A stretch of DNA of 64,000 bases from Macrostomum lignano (Eukaryota): positions 121,941 to 185,940 of the forward strand of contig NIVC01001803.1 in the NCBI GenBank assembly GCA_002269645.1, in the 5' to 3' direction. The notes under the pieces were generated by a model. The model had not been told where the DNA came from and ran no database searches. It saw only the letters and a program-made list of their open reading frames with translations. Both the position numbers and the translations under genes were made by a program. This document shows, piece by piece, positions 1-11,300 of the stretch. Every line of letters starts with the position of its first letter. Within the stretch, counting starts at the first letter, position 1.

Positions 1-345
1 AGGCTGCAGGCAGAATCTGGCTCGGGAAAACTGATTGGATTGACTTTAGCAGAGCTGCTTCGCTTCGCTGCCTGCTAGAGAGCCAGATCGAGCTGAGACT
101 CATTTGCTGACAGATGAGCAGAAGGCCCGTCACAGCTGGATTGGCCTGGGATAAAACCCATCAGCTGCATCCATTGCCGGCTATAGAGATCCTGCATGTA
201 AAGCGAGGCTCCGCATACTGTCAGCTCTCCCATAGCTCTTAAAACAGTGCTTTAGAGACAGTGCCAGTGTCATTTCTGAGCATCCGATCTCTTTCATAGT
301 CTGAGCATCGCTAGTCCTAATTTGGTTTCTGAGCTGTCTGACCTC
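1..345. pseudogene. Decayed coding-like segment, paralogous to 8020-8375; possibly a kinase-gene relic
   Basis: Collinear shared blocks with 8020-8375 (aggctgcag, gagctgcttcgcttc, ccgtcacagctggatt, ctgcatccatt, cctgcatgta, acagtgccagtg, ctctttcatagtctgagcatcgc, ttctgagctgt). All frames broken. Kinase identity is inferred only from neighbouring fragments. Confidence 0.35.
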
Positions 346-352
346 AGACCTT

Positions 353-645
353 CCTATTGAGCCATGGCATCTCAGACACTCCCTATTGAGCCATGGAATC
401 TCAGACACTCCCTATTGAGCCATGGCATCTCAGCAACTCCCTATTGAGCCATGGCATCTCAGCAACTCCCTATTGAGCCATGGCATCTCAGCAACTCCCT
501 ATTGAGCCATGGCATCTCAGCAACTCCCTATTGAGCCATGGCATCTCAGCAACTCCCTATTGAGCCATGGCATCTCAGCAACTCCCTATTGAGCCATGGC
601 ATCTCAGCAACTTCCCATTGAGCTAATTGGCATCTCAGTAACTCC
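353..645. repeat. 29-bp minisatellite (catggcatctcagcaactccctattgagc), ~10 copies
   Basis: Direct reading; same unit family as 15207-16395. Confidence 0.95.
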
Positions 646-656
646 CAAGGGCACTA

Positions 657-881
657 AAAGGCACTCTGAACATCATGGCGCCAGAGCTGCTCGGAATCGC
701 CAATGCCAGAAGCTACTGTGAGCTGCTCCAGCATCTTGACAGGAGGGGCGCCACGGCCCTGCCGGATGGCGTGCCCGCGGAGCTGAGGGATTTCTACAGC
801 CGATGCACCGCCAGAGACCGCAGGGAGAGACGATCCGCACAGGAGCTGCTCCTGACGAAAAAGTCGGACTCGCAGCGCTAA
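657..881 (+). pseudogene. Ser/Thr protein kinase C-lobe fragment
   Basis: KGTLNIMAPELL (subdomain VIII, GT..MAPE) followed by PAELRDFYSRC...RRSAQELL (subdomain XI). Subdomains IX-X appear missing and no intact N-lobe is visible. Confidence 0.65.
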
Positions 882-1619
882 GACGGGATGGTTTCTCAAA
901 CTGTTGCAGAAGATTTATTGTTTCGGCAGTCTAGCTTACAATTCTTTTTTTTGAATCTTCCCTAATTTCATCCCTACATATAATGATATGCATGCTTCAG
1001 TTTGCGTTTCGATTCTTCCATTTTAACGAGTGTTTTGTACGCATGTACTTTTAATTTGGTGTTTTGTACTTTAGGCAGTTATATAACACGGTGAAGTTTT
1101 ATTAAACTTTCTGTGACTGGCTGATTTTACTTACAACTAATTCCCATCTCTAAAATGTCGCATTCAGAGACCGTGTTGAAATATTTTCAAGGCCTTGTAA
1201 TCAATTACTGAGGATTTCTTGCACAGTGAAAATTTCTGGCAAATCTGAATACAATTTGGAATTGTTTTAAAACATTTACAGCCCGCTCAAATTTCAGACC
1301 AAATTTATGCAACTTTCGTGTCTCGAGTTCTCCCGATTCTCACACTATTCATCCCAGAACTGTTTATAAATATGCTGCACACACAGGCTGGGACTGCTTC
1401 AATGCCCCTGCGCTGAGTGACAGATGCACTAATGAACTTTTCTCATTTTTAAACTTGTTTATCTGCACCGCAGTCGTTACCGCCTCTGTTTTATCTTCCC
1501 GTCACTGTTTTAATCTCTTTCCACCTTCAAGCAGTGAAGCTGCTCAAATGCCAAACGGTACTCAAGATTTTTGCTATTTGCCATCAGCTGCTGTAATCAT
1601 TCTACGAGCCTTTGTAACC

Positions 1620-2311
1620 TGTGTGCTGTAGCTGTGTGCTGTAGCTGTGTGTGCTGTAGCTGTCTGCTGTAGCTGTGTGCTGTAGCTGTGTGCTGTAGCT
1701 GTGTGTGCTGTAGCTGTGTGCTGTAGCTGTGTGCTGTAGCTGTGTGTGCTGTAGCTGTGTGCTGTAGCTGTGTGCTGTAGCTGTGTGTGCTGTAGCTGTG
1801 TGCTGTAGCTGTGTGTGCTGTAGCTGTGTGCTGTAGCTGTGTGTGCTGTAGCTGTGTGCTGTAGCTGTGTGCTGTAGCTGTGTGTGCTGTAGCTGTGTGC
1901 TGTAGCTGTGTGTGCTGTAGCTGTGTGCTGTAGCTGTGTGCTGTAGCTGTGTGCTGTAGCTGTGTGCTGTAGCTGTGTGTGCTGTAGCTGTGTGCTGTAG
2001 CTGTGTGCTGTAGCTGTGTGCTGTAGCTGTGTGCTGTAGCTGTGTGCTGTAGCTGTGTGCTGTAGCTGTGTGCTGTAGCTGTGTGTGCTGTAGCTGTGTG
2101 CTGTAGCTGTGTGTGCTGTAGCTGTGTGCTGTAGCTGTGTGCTGTAGCTGTGTGCTGTAGCTGTGTGCTGTAGCTGTGTGCTGTAGCTGTGTGCTGTAGC
2201 TGTGTGCTGTAGCTGTGTGCTGTAGCTGTGTGTGCTGTAGCTGTGTGCTGTTGATGTGTGCTGTAGCTGTGTGCTGTTGATGTGTGCTGTAGCTGTGTGT
2301 GCTGTAGCTGT
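1620..2311. repeat. 13/15-bp microsatellite-like array (tagctgtgtgctg)n
   Basis: Direct reading; ORFs 1574..2372 are its periodic translations. Confidence 0.97.
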
Positions 2312-2379
2312 CACCAACCCTACATCCCAGCCTGTCTCTCTCCCTGCCCGTCCGCGTCACCCTACATCCCATCTGATGG

Positions 2380-3156
2380 AGAATAGAGAAGCTGAGCTGT
2401 CGAGGTCACAAATCTGTGCAAATGCTGAAGTGTCGGTCGGCAGGCACCGAGCTGAGCTGATGGCTGATGGAATCTGAGCTGGAAAATGCAGAGGCTGCAG
2501 GCAGGGTGCATGCTGGATGGGGAAAGCAGCTTTAGCAGGTGAGCAGCAAACCCCATTGCTTTCCTTGTTGTCAAGCTGCTGTCCATAAATGCGTACTGAC
2601 TCAGAGCTTCTGCTGCGGCAGGGGACCCGAGAGAGGGCAGGCAGGTGCAGATGGGGCTGGGCTCGCAGCCTCCAAAAGCAAACATTTGAATTTCTAATTA
2701 GTCATGTCTTATCAGTGCACCGAGGTGCACTTTTCAACAATTTTTCATATTTAAACTCCCTGTTCAGTAATAAATTTCAGTGCTGTCATTTCCATTTATA
2801 ATTTCAAATCAAATACACTTTTTCACATTTACAATAATTTCAATCTAGCTCCAGCACCACTCCAAGTGTCAGGGACCTTCTGAGCTGCTTTGCTAAGCTA
2901 GACTGCATGAGTTCCAATGCGTGACACCTGACAGCCCTGCGAATTGACTTTGAGCAGTGTCTTTGACCGTGACATGCTTGTTTGTGAGAGACGGCTGAGT
3001 CCTTGCAAGCTTTAAAGATGCTTAGAGAAACAATGCTTTACAAGGCAATTCTACAGGGCCTTCTCAGTCTACCTGCAATAACACCTATCACTAAGCTGTA
3101 TTATTGGGAAGTCGCAACGAAGATGGTGAAAAGACTTGGATTTCCTCCAAGAAGAG
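2380..3156. pseudogene. Further decayed kinase-like fragments
   Basis: Contains aggctgcaggcag (as at position 1) and cagggccttctcagtctacctgcaataac, which resembles 14925-14950. Frames are broken and no complete motif survives. Confidence 0.25.
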
Positions 3157-3164
3157 CTACCTTC

Positions 3165-5111
3165 CAGGGGCGTCGACACCGTGGGGACAGGGTGGAGGGG
3201 CATGCCCCCCCCCAGTAAAAGTTACGCGGGGGACAAGCCAATGTTTTGTCCCCCCACCCCAAACCTTTGCTTACCTGTTATTGAAATAAAAAAATTGCTT
3301 TATGGTGACTAAACATAGCGCCTGAGGCGCTAGAATGAGTGCCTGTGGCGCTAGAATGAGTGCCTGCGGTGCTAAAATGAGTGCCCGCTGCGCTAAAATG
3401 AGTACCTGCGGCGCTAAAATGAGTACCTGCGGCGCTAAAATGAGTGTCTGCGGCGCTAGAATGAGTGCCTGCGGCGCTAGAATGAGTGGCTGCGGCGCTA
3501 GAATGAGTGCCTGTGGCGCTAGAATGAGTGCCTGCGGTGCTAAAATGAGTGCCCGCGGCGCTAAAATGAGTACCTGCGGCGCTAAAATGAGTGTCTGCGG
3601 CGCTAGAATGAGTGCCTGCGGCGCTAAAATGAGTGCCTGCGGCGCTAGAATGAGTGCCTGCGGCGCTAGAATGAGTGCCCGCGGCGCTAAAATGAGTGGC
3701 TGCGGCGCTAGAATGAGTGGCTGCGGCGCTAGAATGAGTACCTGCGGTGCTAAAATGAGTGCCCGCGGTGCTAAAATGAGTGCCTGCGGCGCTAGAATGA
3801 GTGCCCGCGGCGCTAAAATGAGTGCCCGCGGCGCTAAAATGAGTGCCTGCGGCGCTAGAATGAGTGCCCGCGGCGCTAAAATGAGTGCCTGCGGCGCTAA
3901 AATGAGTGTCTGCGGCGCCAAAATGAGTGCCCGCGGCGCCAAAATGAGTGCCCGCGGCGCCAAAATGAGTGCCCGCGGCGCCAAAATGAGTGCCCGCGGC
4001 GCCAAAATGAGTGTCTGCGGCGCTAGAATGGGTGCCTGCGGCGCTAAAATGAGTGTCTGCGGCGCTAAAATGAGTGCCTGCGGCGCTAGAATGGGTGCCT
4101 GCGGCGCTAAAATGAGTGTCTGCGGCGCCAAAATGAGTGCCTGCGGCGCTAGAATGAGTGCCTGCGGCGCTAAAATGAGTGCCTGCGGCGCTAAAATGAG
4201 TGCCTGCGGCGCTAGAATGAGTGCCTGCGGCGCTAAAATGAGTGCCTGCGGCGCTAAAATGAGTGCCCGCGGCGCCAAAATGAGTGCCTGCGGCGCTAGA
4301 ATGAGTGCCCGCGGCGCTAAAATGAGTGCCTGCGGCGCTAGAATGAGTGCCCGCGGCGCCAAAATGAGTGCCTGCGGCGCTAGAATGAGTGCCTGCGGCG
4401 CTAGAATGAGTGTCTGCGGCGCTAAAATGAGTGCCTGCGGCGCTAAAATGAGTGCCTGAGGCGCTAGAATGAGTGCCCGCGGCGCTAAAATGAGTGCCTG
4501 AGGCGCTAAAATGAGTGCCTGAGGCGCTAGAATGAGTGCCCGCGGCGCTAAAATGAGTGCCTGCGGCGCTAGAATGAGTGCCCGCGGCGCTAGAATGAGT
4601 GCCTGCGGCGCTAGAATGAGTGCCTGCGGCGCTAGAATGAGTGTCTGCGGCGCTAGAATGAGTGCCTGCGGCGCTAAAATGAGAGCCTGCGGCGCTAGAA
4701 TGAGTGCCTGCGGCGCTAAAATGAGTGTCTGCGGCGCTAAAATGAGTACCTGCGGCGCTAGAATGAGTGCCTGCGGCGCTAGAATGAGTGCCCGCGGCGC
4801 TAGAATGAGTGCCTGCGGCGCTAAAATGAGTGTCTGCGGCGCTAAAATGGGTGCCTGCGGCGCTAAAATGAGTGCCTGCGGCGCTAGAATGAGTGCCTGC
4901 GGCGCTAGAATGAGTGCCCGCGGCGCTAGAATGAGTGCCTGCGGCGCTAAAATGAGTGTCTGCGGCGCTAAAATGGGTGCCTGCGGCGCTAAAATGAACG
5001 CTGAAAACACCAATTCTGAAAATAATGTTCATGTAGGGATTTAGTCCTGTACATGTACATGTGGAACTCTTGGCTTTGTCCCCCCACCATAAAATCCATG
5101 GCGTCGCCCTG
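3165..5111. mobile_element. Non-autonomous hAT-type element (MITE-like) with internal minisatellite
   Basis: Imperfect TIRs CAGGGGCGTCG... / ...CGTCGCCCTG. Flanked by an 8-bp near-duplication, ctaccttc (3157-3164) and ctaccttt (5112-5119). Subterminal tttgtccccccacc near both ends. An 8-bp TSD with CAG termini is characteristic of hAT. Confidence 0.7.
3318..4997. repeat. 21-bp minisatellite (gcctgcggcgctagaatgagt), ~80 copies
   Basis: Direct reading; 7-aa periodic ORFs in several frames. Confidence 0.97.
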
Positions 5112-5538
5112 CTACCTTTGGAGAGGTAAGTAAGGGTTAAGCCATGGCATAAAGGGAGGCTTGGTTACAAAAACTGACTCTAAAAACTTCATAATGCAGA
5201 ACAAGCCACTACCACTTCCTACACGCCTTGTGGAATTCATAGGAGGTATGCAAAGTAAAAGTACAATCGCGCAAAGCTTCTGTACGTGATTGGCTCACTA
5301 TGTTAGAAAACAGGCACATGGGTAGCAGATTGTTGGCATAAAACCAGAATTAAGCTGGCTTTTTATACTGATAGTAATATAATGCCGACACGTCAATACG
5401 ATATTCAGTATTGCATGATATGCTGATATGAATGCGCCAGCATAATTCCCACATGGTTTACGCCTGGGAAGCCATTAGCGCAGTTGTGCAAAATTATAGA
5501 CCGGGCAGAATGCGGGAAAAGTAGATTGAGAGGCAGAG

Positions 5539-7373
5539 ATGTATATAATCATGGATGTTTAATGCGCATTCTAGGGTTAGAAAGTCCAAGGCTGCAGTTG
5601 ATGGTCTCGAGGCGAGCGAGTTATATTACTGTATAACGAAGCAACAAAAAAACAATTTTCTAGCCAAAGCATAGACAATTGGTAGGATTATATAGGAAAC
5701 ATATTACGTTTTCTTCAGTGCATTAAACGTTTCACAAACTCACTTAAACTGAATTTCGATTTTAGCTCCATCAATGATGATAGACTTGACACCGTGGTCA
5801 GTAATAGAAGCGCTGGAATCTCCAGAAGCGACAGGCTCACTTACATGCATGCCTGGATTAGTTTCGGCTGCAGGAGACGCACCCTGTAAAACATTAGAAG
5901 CGAATCTGGCCACCTTTGCAGACGGAGCGATATAGCGTTCTATGGCAGCTGAACTGTGTCCAGTAATTTTCGCGATTTCGGGCCTGGACATGCCCTCGTC
6001 ACGCAGCGTTGTGGCGCAAGTCTTCCTGAGCGACTGATTGCTGTACTTCCCACTTGTTGGCTCCGGCAGGCTCACCGTGACGCTGCGCACAACTGAATCG
6101 ATAGTGTGGCGTCCTAGTACCTGATTCTGATACCACTTCCCAGCTTGAATAGATGCAGGATTCCGGTACCAGACCAAAAATAGTTGCGGCTTTGTGCATT
6201 CGGTCGGGCGGAGGCTGACGTAGCGCTTGTAAAAGCAAACAAGACAGCGATTGTGTCCTGGTGTATGATACACCGTGTTACACTTGATAGGCCGATTGAA
6301 GGTCTTAAGCCACACGGTCGTGTTTTGGACACCGTGGTTTCGGCATACGTCAGAATCTCGTCTTCTCCCTCGGTCGCCAGTTGGATTTGTTTGTTATACT
6401 CTAGGAGATAAAGTTCGCGTCCTCCACGAAGTCCAAACACTTTACCAATTAAAAATATCACTGTAAAAACGAGCGTCTTTGGTGTGCTGTCTCCAAGAAA
6501 TCCTCGCTCCCAGAGAGTGGCTTCCTCTGTGGCAGGAATCGGTGCTGCAGTTTGAGAGCCATTCAGGTTCCCGGCTTTAGCAGTCTCACGCATTGCCGCG
6601 TCCAAGGCCTGTCGCGAGCTAGCAAATTCTGCGTCCGTCCAGATGGACATCTGGCGCTTCATTGTATACACGTAAAAGTGTTGGATCATCGACACCAAGT
6701 TTTTCAGAGTTCCCGGCGGATATTTTTCGCCATTCTCCTTCCTCACCTCAAAAACGAAGAATTGCAACAGTTCGTTGATCTCATTCTTTGTAAGCTCTTC
6801 GACAGGCTTAATCACCGCGAGTCCTGACAGACGGCCTTGCATTTGCAGTTGGACACGATTCTCCTTCCACGTCCGGAACACATTCATCGCCCACTTTTCT
6901 CTTGCTAGTGTAGACTCAGGTGAGCTCTCTAGCATTCTGCGCTCCAAAGCGGTCTCATCAAGCAACTCACCGAAACGAGAGCTAGGTTTGGTCGGCAGTG
7001 TTTTAGCGTTTCCGAGGGGCGGCGGAACTACATTTCCAGCAGGGGCTGGATCGAAATAATTAAAAAAAGTTGTCGCTATCAAATTCTTCTTCCATCGCGG
7101 TGTGGTTCAAGAGAAAGCTACGAAAGAAGTAATTCGGATTTCGTCTAGCTAGTACTGTCTTAAATTTATGGAAAATTTGTCTATGGTTCCAATGTGGGGG
7201 CTTTGCCCCCACACCCCCAGTCGGGGCTTCGCCCCGACACCCCCAGTCGGGGCTTTACCGACTGACTGCACCGCATTCGGCCCGGCTCAAGAGAAAGCTA
7301 CAAAAAAGCAATTCGGATTTCATATAAGATCACGGTAGTTTAATGCGCATTAAACATCCATGATTATATACAT
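5539..7373 (-). mobile_element. Crypton (tyrosine-recombinase) DNA transposon with 32-bp terminal inverted repeats
   Basis: atgtatataatcatggatgtttaatgcgcatt (5539-5570) is the exact reverse complement of 7342-7373. The pair encloses a DUF3504-type recombinase ORF. No TSD seen. Confidence 0.85.
5740..7082 (-). pseudogene. Crypton tyrosine recombinase (DUF3504/ZMYM-KCTD1-like), one frameshift near 6312
   Basis: YPPGTL..L, LDAAM, EE..LWERG.LG..TP, FGLRGG.E, SKT in frame 6114..7082. RCLV..YK.Y, WY.NQ.LG, NQSLR.T.AT.L, ITGHSS...ERY continue in frame 5740..6315. A 1-nt change around ccgtgtggcttaag joins the two frames. Confidence 0.9.
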
Positions 7374-8019
7374 GAAATCAGATTGCTTATCTTTGGGGAT
7401 ATTTTATCTGGTCCATCTGGTTTCCAAAATCAGGTCTGCAAGTAAAAATAAGGTGTTGCGTGCTGATTTAGCTACTATTTTAAACAGTTAAGATAATATA
7501 GTATCTGGGGAACTTTTGTATTTCTGTAAAGAGTAAATTTCTATTCTACGAGCTATATACCAGTTTGTTTTTGTCAAGTTCGTTGATAAACTCGCGACCT
7601 ATTGAACGATATTTCGAGCTGCTTGCTGTGGATTCGCCAATTCGGGCACTCAGGCCAACTGCAGCATGAGTCGGATGCTCTTCAGTGCAACCACACTGCC
7701 ACCTGTAGCGCCTGTCCAGTAAATATAGTTCAAATCATACGTCGAAGATTAGAGATGAATTTTGTTCGGATTGCACTTAGTGCTCATAGCAAACATCTTT
7801 GTCCGTGACAATTTTACTCAGACGAGGTGATTTAAAAAACGAAGAAGGAATTGCTGCTTTAGAAAATGTGCTAAATTTTCAAAAATTCTAAAAAATCGTT
7901 CTTTCAATGGATTTGCATAAATAAATTTGGATCCTTGCTGAAAAGGGGGCACTAGATTGCTAGTAGAAATATACTAAAATCGGCGGAATTGAAATGTTTT
8001 TACAAATGGAGCCCGTAAG

Positions 8020-8375
8020 GCTACAGGCTGCAGCCCAAGTGAGGCGGAATCTGGCACGGTCGAAAATCCCAAAAGATTGACTCTAACAGAGAGCTGCTTC
8101 GCTTCTCTGCCTTTGTGAGCCGAATCGAGCTGCATGAGACCCACTCTCTGGCAGATAGGCCGTCACAGCTGGATTAATTTTTGGCACTGGATAAAATTTA
8201 TTAACTGCATCCATTAAATAGCACGGAAGACCCTGCATGTAGAGAAGGCCGCTTCTCGATTAGAAGGATTTTTACGGCTTAAAAGCTGATAGGTGTAAAC
8301 AGTGCCAGTGCCATTCCTGAGCAGCCGACCTCTTTCATAGTCTGAGCATCGCCGCTCCTTGGGTTCTGAGCTGTT
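8020..8375. pseudogene. Second copy of the decayed segment at 1-345
   Basis: Shared collinear blocks listed for 1-345. Confidence 0.4.
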
Positions 8376-11300
8376 GTGAATTCCTGCTTGTTCCCGCAGA
8401 TCTCAATAAAGATTTGGCTTGAAAAGATCACTTTCTCTCTCTGAGCTGTTGTGAATTCCTGCTTGTTCCCGCAGATCTCAATAAAGATTTGGCTTGAAAA
8501 GATCACTTTCTCTCTCTGAGCTGTTGTGAATTCCTGCTTGTTCCCGCAGATCTCAATAAAGATTTGGCTTGAAAAGATCACTTTCTCTCTCTGAGCTGTT
8601 GTGAATTCCTGCTTGTTCCCGCAGATCTCAATAAAGATTTGGCTTGAAAAGATCACTTTCTCTCTCTGAGCTGTTGTGAATTCCTGCTTGTTCCCGCAGA
8701 TCTCAATAAAGATTTGGCTTGAAAAGATCACTTTCTCTCTCTGAGCTGTTGTGAATTCCTGCTTGTTCCCGCAGATCTCAATAAAGATTTGGCTTGAAAA
8801 GATCACTTTCTCTCTCTGAGCTGTTGTGAATTCCTGCTTGTTCCCGCAGATCTCAATAAAGATTTGGCTTGAAAAGATCACTTTCTCTCTCTGAGCTGTT
8901 GTGAATTCCTGCTTGTTCCCGCAGATCTCAATAAAGATTTGGCTTGAAAAGATCACTTTCTCTCTCTGAGCTGTTGTGAATTCCTGCTTGTTCCCGCAGA
9001 TCTCAATAAAGATTTGGCTTGAAAAGATCACTTTCTCTCTCTGAGCTGTTGTGAATTCCTGCTTGTTCCCGCAGATCTCAATAAAGATTTGGCTTGAAAA
9101 GATCACTTTCTCTCTCTGAGCTGTTGTGAATTCCTGCTTGTTCCCGCAGATCTCAATAAAGATTTGGCTTGAAAAGATCACTTTCTCTCTCTGAGCTGTT
9201 GTGAATTCCTGCTTGTTCCCGCAGATCTCAATAAAGATTTGGCTTGAAAAGATCACTTTCTCTCTCTGAGCTGTTGTGAATTCCTGCTTGTTCCCGCAGA
9301 TCTCAATAAAGATTTGGCTTGAAAAGATCACTTTCTCTCTCTGAGCTGTTGTGAATTCCTGCTTGTTCCCGCAGATCTCAATAAAGATTTGGCTTGAAAA
9401 GATCACTTTCTCTCTCTGAGCTGTTGTGAATTCCTGCTTGTTCCCGCAGATCTCAATAAAGATTTGGCTTGAAAAGATCACTTTCTCTCTCTGAGCTGTT
9501 GTGAATTCCTGCTTGTTCCCGCAGATCTCAATAAAGATTTGGCTTGAAAAGATCACTTTCTCTCTCTGAGCTGTTGTGAATTCCTGCTTGTTCCCGCAGA
9601 TCTCAATAAAGATTTGGCTTGAAAAGATCACTTTCTCTCTCTGAGCTGTTGTGAATTCCTGCTTGTTCCCGCAGATCTCAATAAAGATTTGGCTTGAAAA
9701 GATCACTTTCTCTCTCTGAGCTGTTGTGAATTCCTGCTTGTTCCCGCAGATCTCAATAAAGATTTGGCTTGAAAAGATCACTTTCTCTCTCTGAGCTGTT
9801 GTGAATTCCTGCTTGTTCCCGCAGATCTCAATAAAGATTTGGCTTGAAAAGATCACTTTCTCTCTCTGAGCTGTTGTGAATTCCTGCTTGTTCCCGCAGA
9901 TCTCAATAAAGATTTGGCTTGAAAAGATCACTTTCTCTCTCTGAGCTGTTGTGAATTCCTGCTTGTTCCCGCAGATCTCAATAAAGATTTGGCTTGAAAA
10001 GATCACTTTCTCTCTCTGAGCTGTTGTGAATTCCTGCTTGTTCCCGCAGATCTCAATAAAGATTTGGCTTGAAAAGATCACTTTCTCTCTCTGAGCTGTT
10101 GTGAATTCCTGCTTGTTCCCGCAGATCTCAATAAAGATTTGGCTTGAAAAGATCACTTTCTCTCTCTGAGCTGTTGTGAATTCCTGCTTGTTCCCGCAGA
10201 TCTCAATAAAGATTTGGCTTGAAAAGATCACTTTCTCTCTCTGAGCTGTTGTGAATTCCTGCTTGTTCCCGCAGATCTCAATAAAGATTTGGCTTGAAAA
10301 GATCACTTTCTCTCTCTGAGCTGTTGTGAATTCCTGCTTGTTCCCGCAGATCTCAATAAAGATTTGGCTTGAAAAGATCACTTTCTCTCTCTGAGCTGTT
10401 GTGAATTCCTGCTTGTTCCCGCAGATCTCAATAAAGATTTGGCTTGAAAAGATCACTTTCTCTCTCTGAGCTGTTGTGAATTCCTGCTTGTTCCCGCAGA
10501 TCTCAATAAAGATTTGGCTTGAAAAGATCACTTTCTCTCTCTGAGCTGTTGTGAATTCCTGCTTGTTCCCGCAGATCTCAATAAAGATTTGGCTTGAAAA
10601 GATCACTTTCTCTCTCTGAGCTGTTGTGAATTCCTGCTTGTTCCCGCAGATCTCAATAAAGATTTGGCTTGAAAAGATCACTTTCTCTCTCTGAGCTGTT
10701 GTGAATTCCTGCTTGTTCCCGCAGATCTCAATAAAGATTTGGCTTGAAAAGATCACTTTCTCTCTCTGAGCTGTTGTGAATTCCTGCTTGTTCCCGCAGA
10801 TCTCAATAAAGATTTGGCTTGAAAAGATCACTTTCTCTCTCTGAGCTGTTGTGAATTCCTGCTTGTTCCCGCAGATCTCAATAAAGATTTGGCTTGAAAA
10901 GATCACTTTCTCTCTCTGAGCTGTTGTGAATTCCTGCTTGTTCCCGCAGATCTCAATAAAGATTTGGCTTGAAAAGATCACTTTCTCTCTCTGAGCTGTT
11001 GTGAATTCCTGCTTGTTCCCGCAGATCTCAATAAAGATTTGGCTTGAAAAGATCACTTTCTCTCTCTGAGCTGTTGTGAATTCCTGCTTGTTCCCGCAGA
11101 TCTCAATAAAGATTTGGCTTGAAAAGATCACTTTCTCTCTCTGAGCTGTTGTGAATTCCTGCTTGTTCCCGCAGATCTCAATAAAGATTTGGCTTGAAAA
11201 GATCACTTTCTCTCTCTGAGCTGTTGTGAATTCCTGCTTGTTCCCGCAGATCTCAATAAAGATTTGGCTTGAAAAGATCACTTTCTCTCTCTGAGCTGTT

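Noticed and set aside
1574-5044. Long ORFs (247-584 aa) over the 13-bp and 21-bp arrays
   Set aside because: Open in several frames and on both strands because of repeat periodicity.
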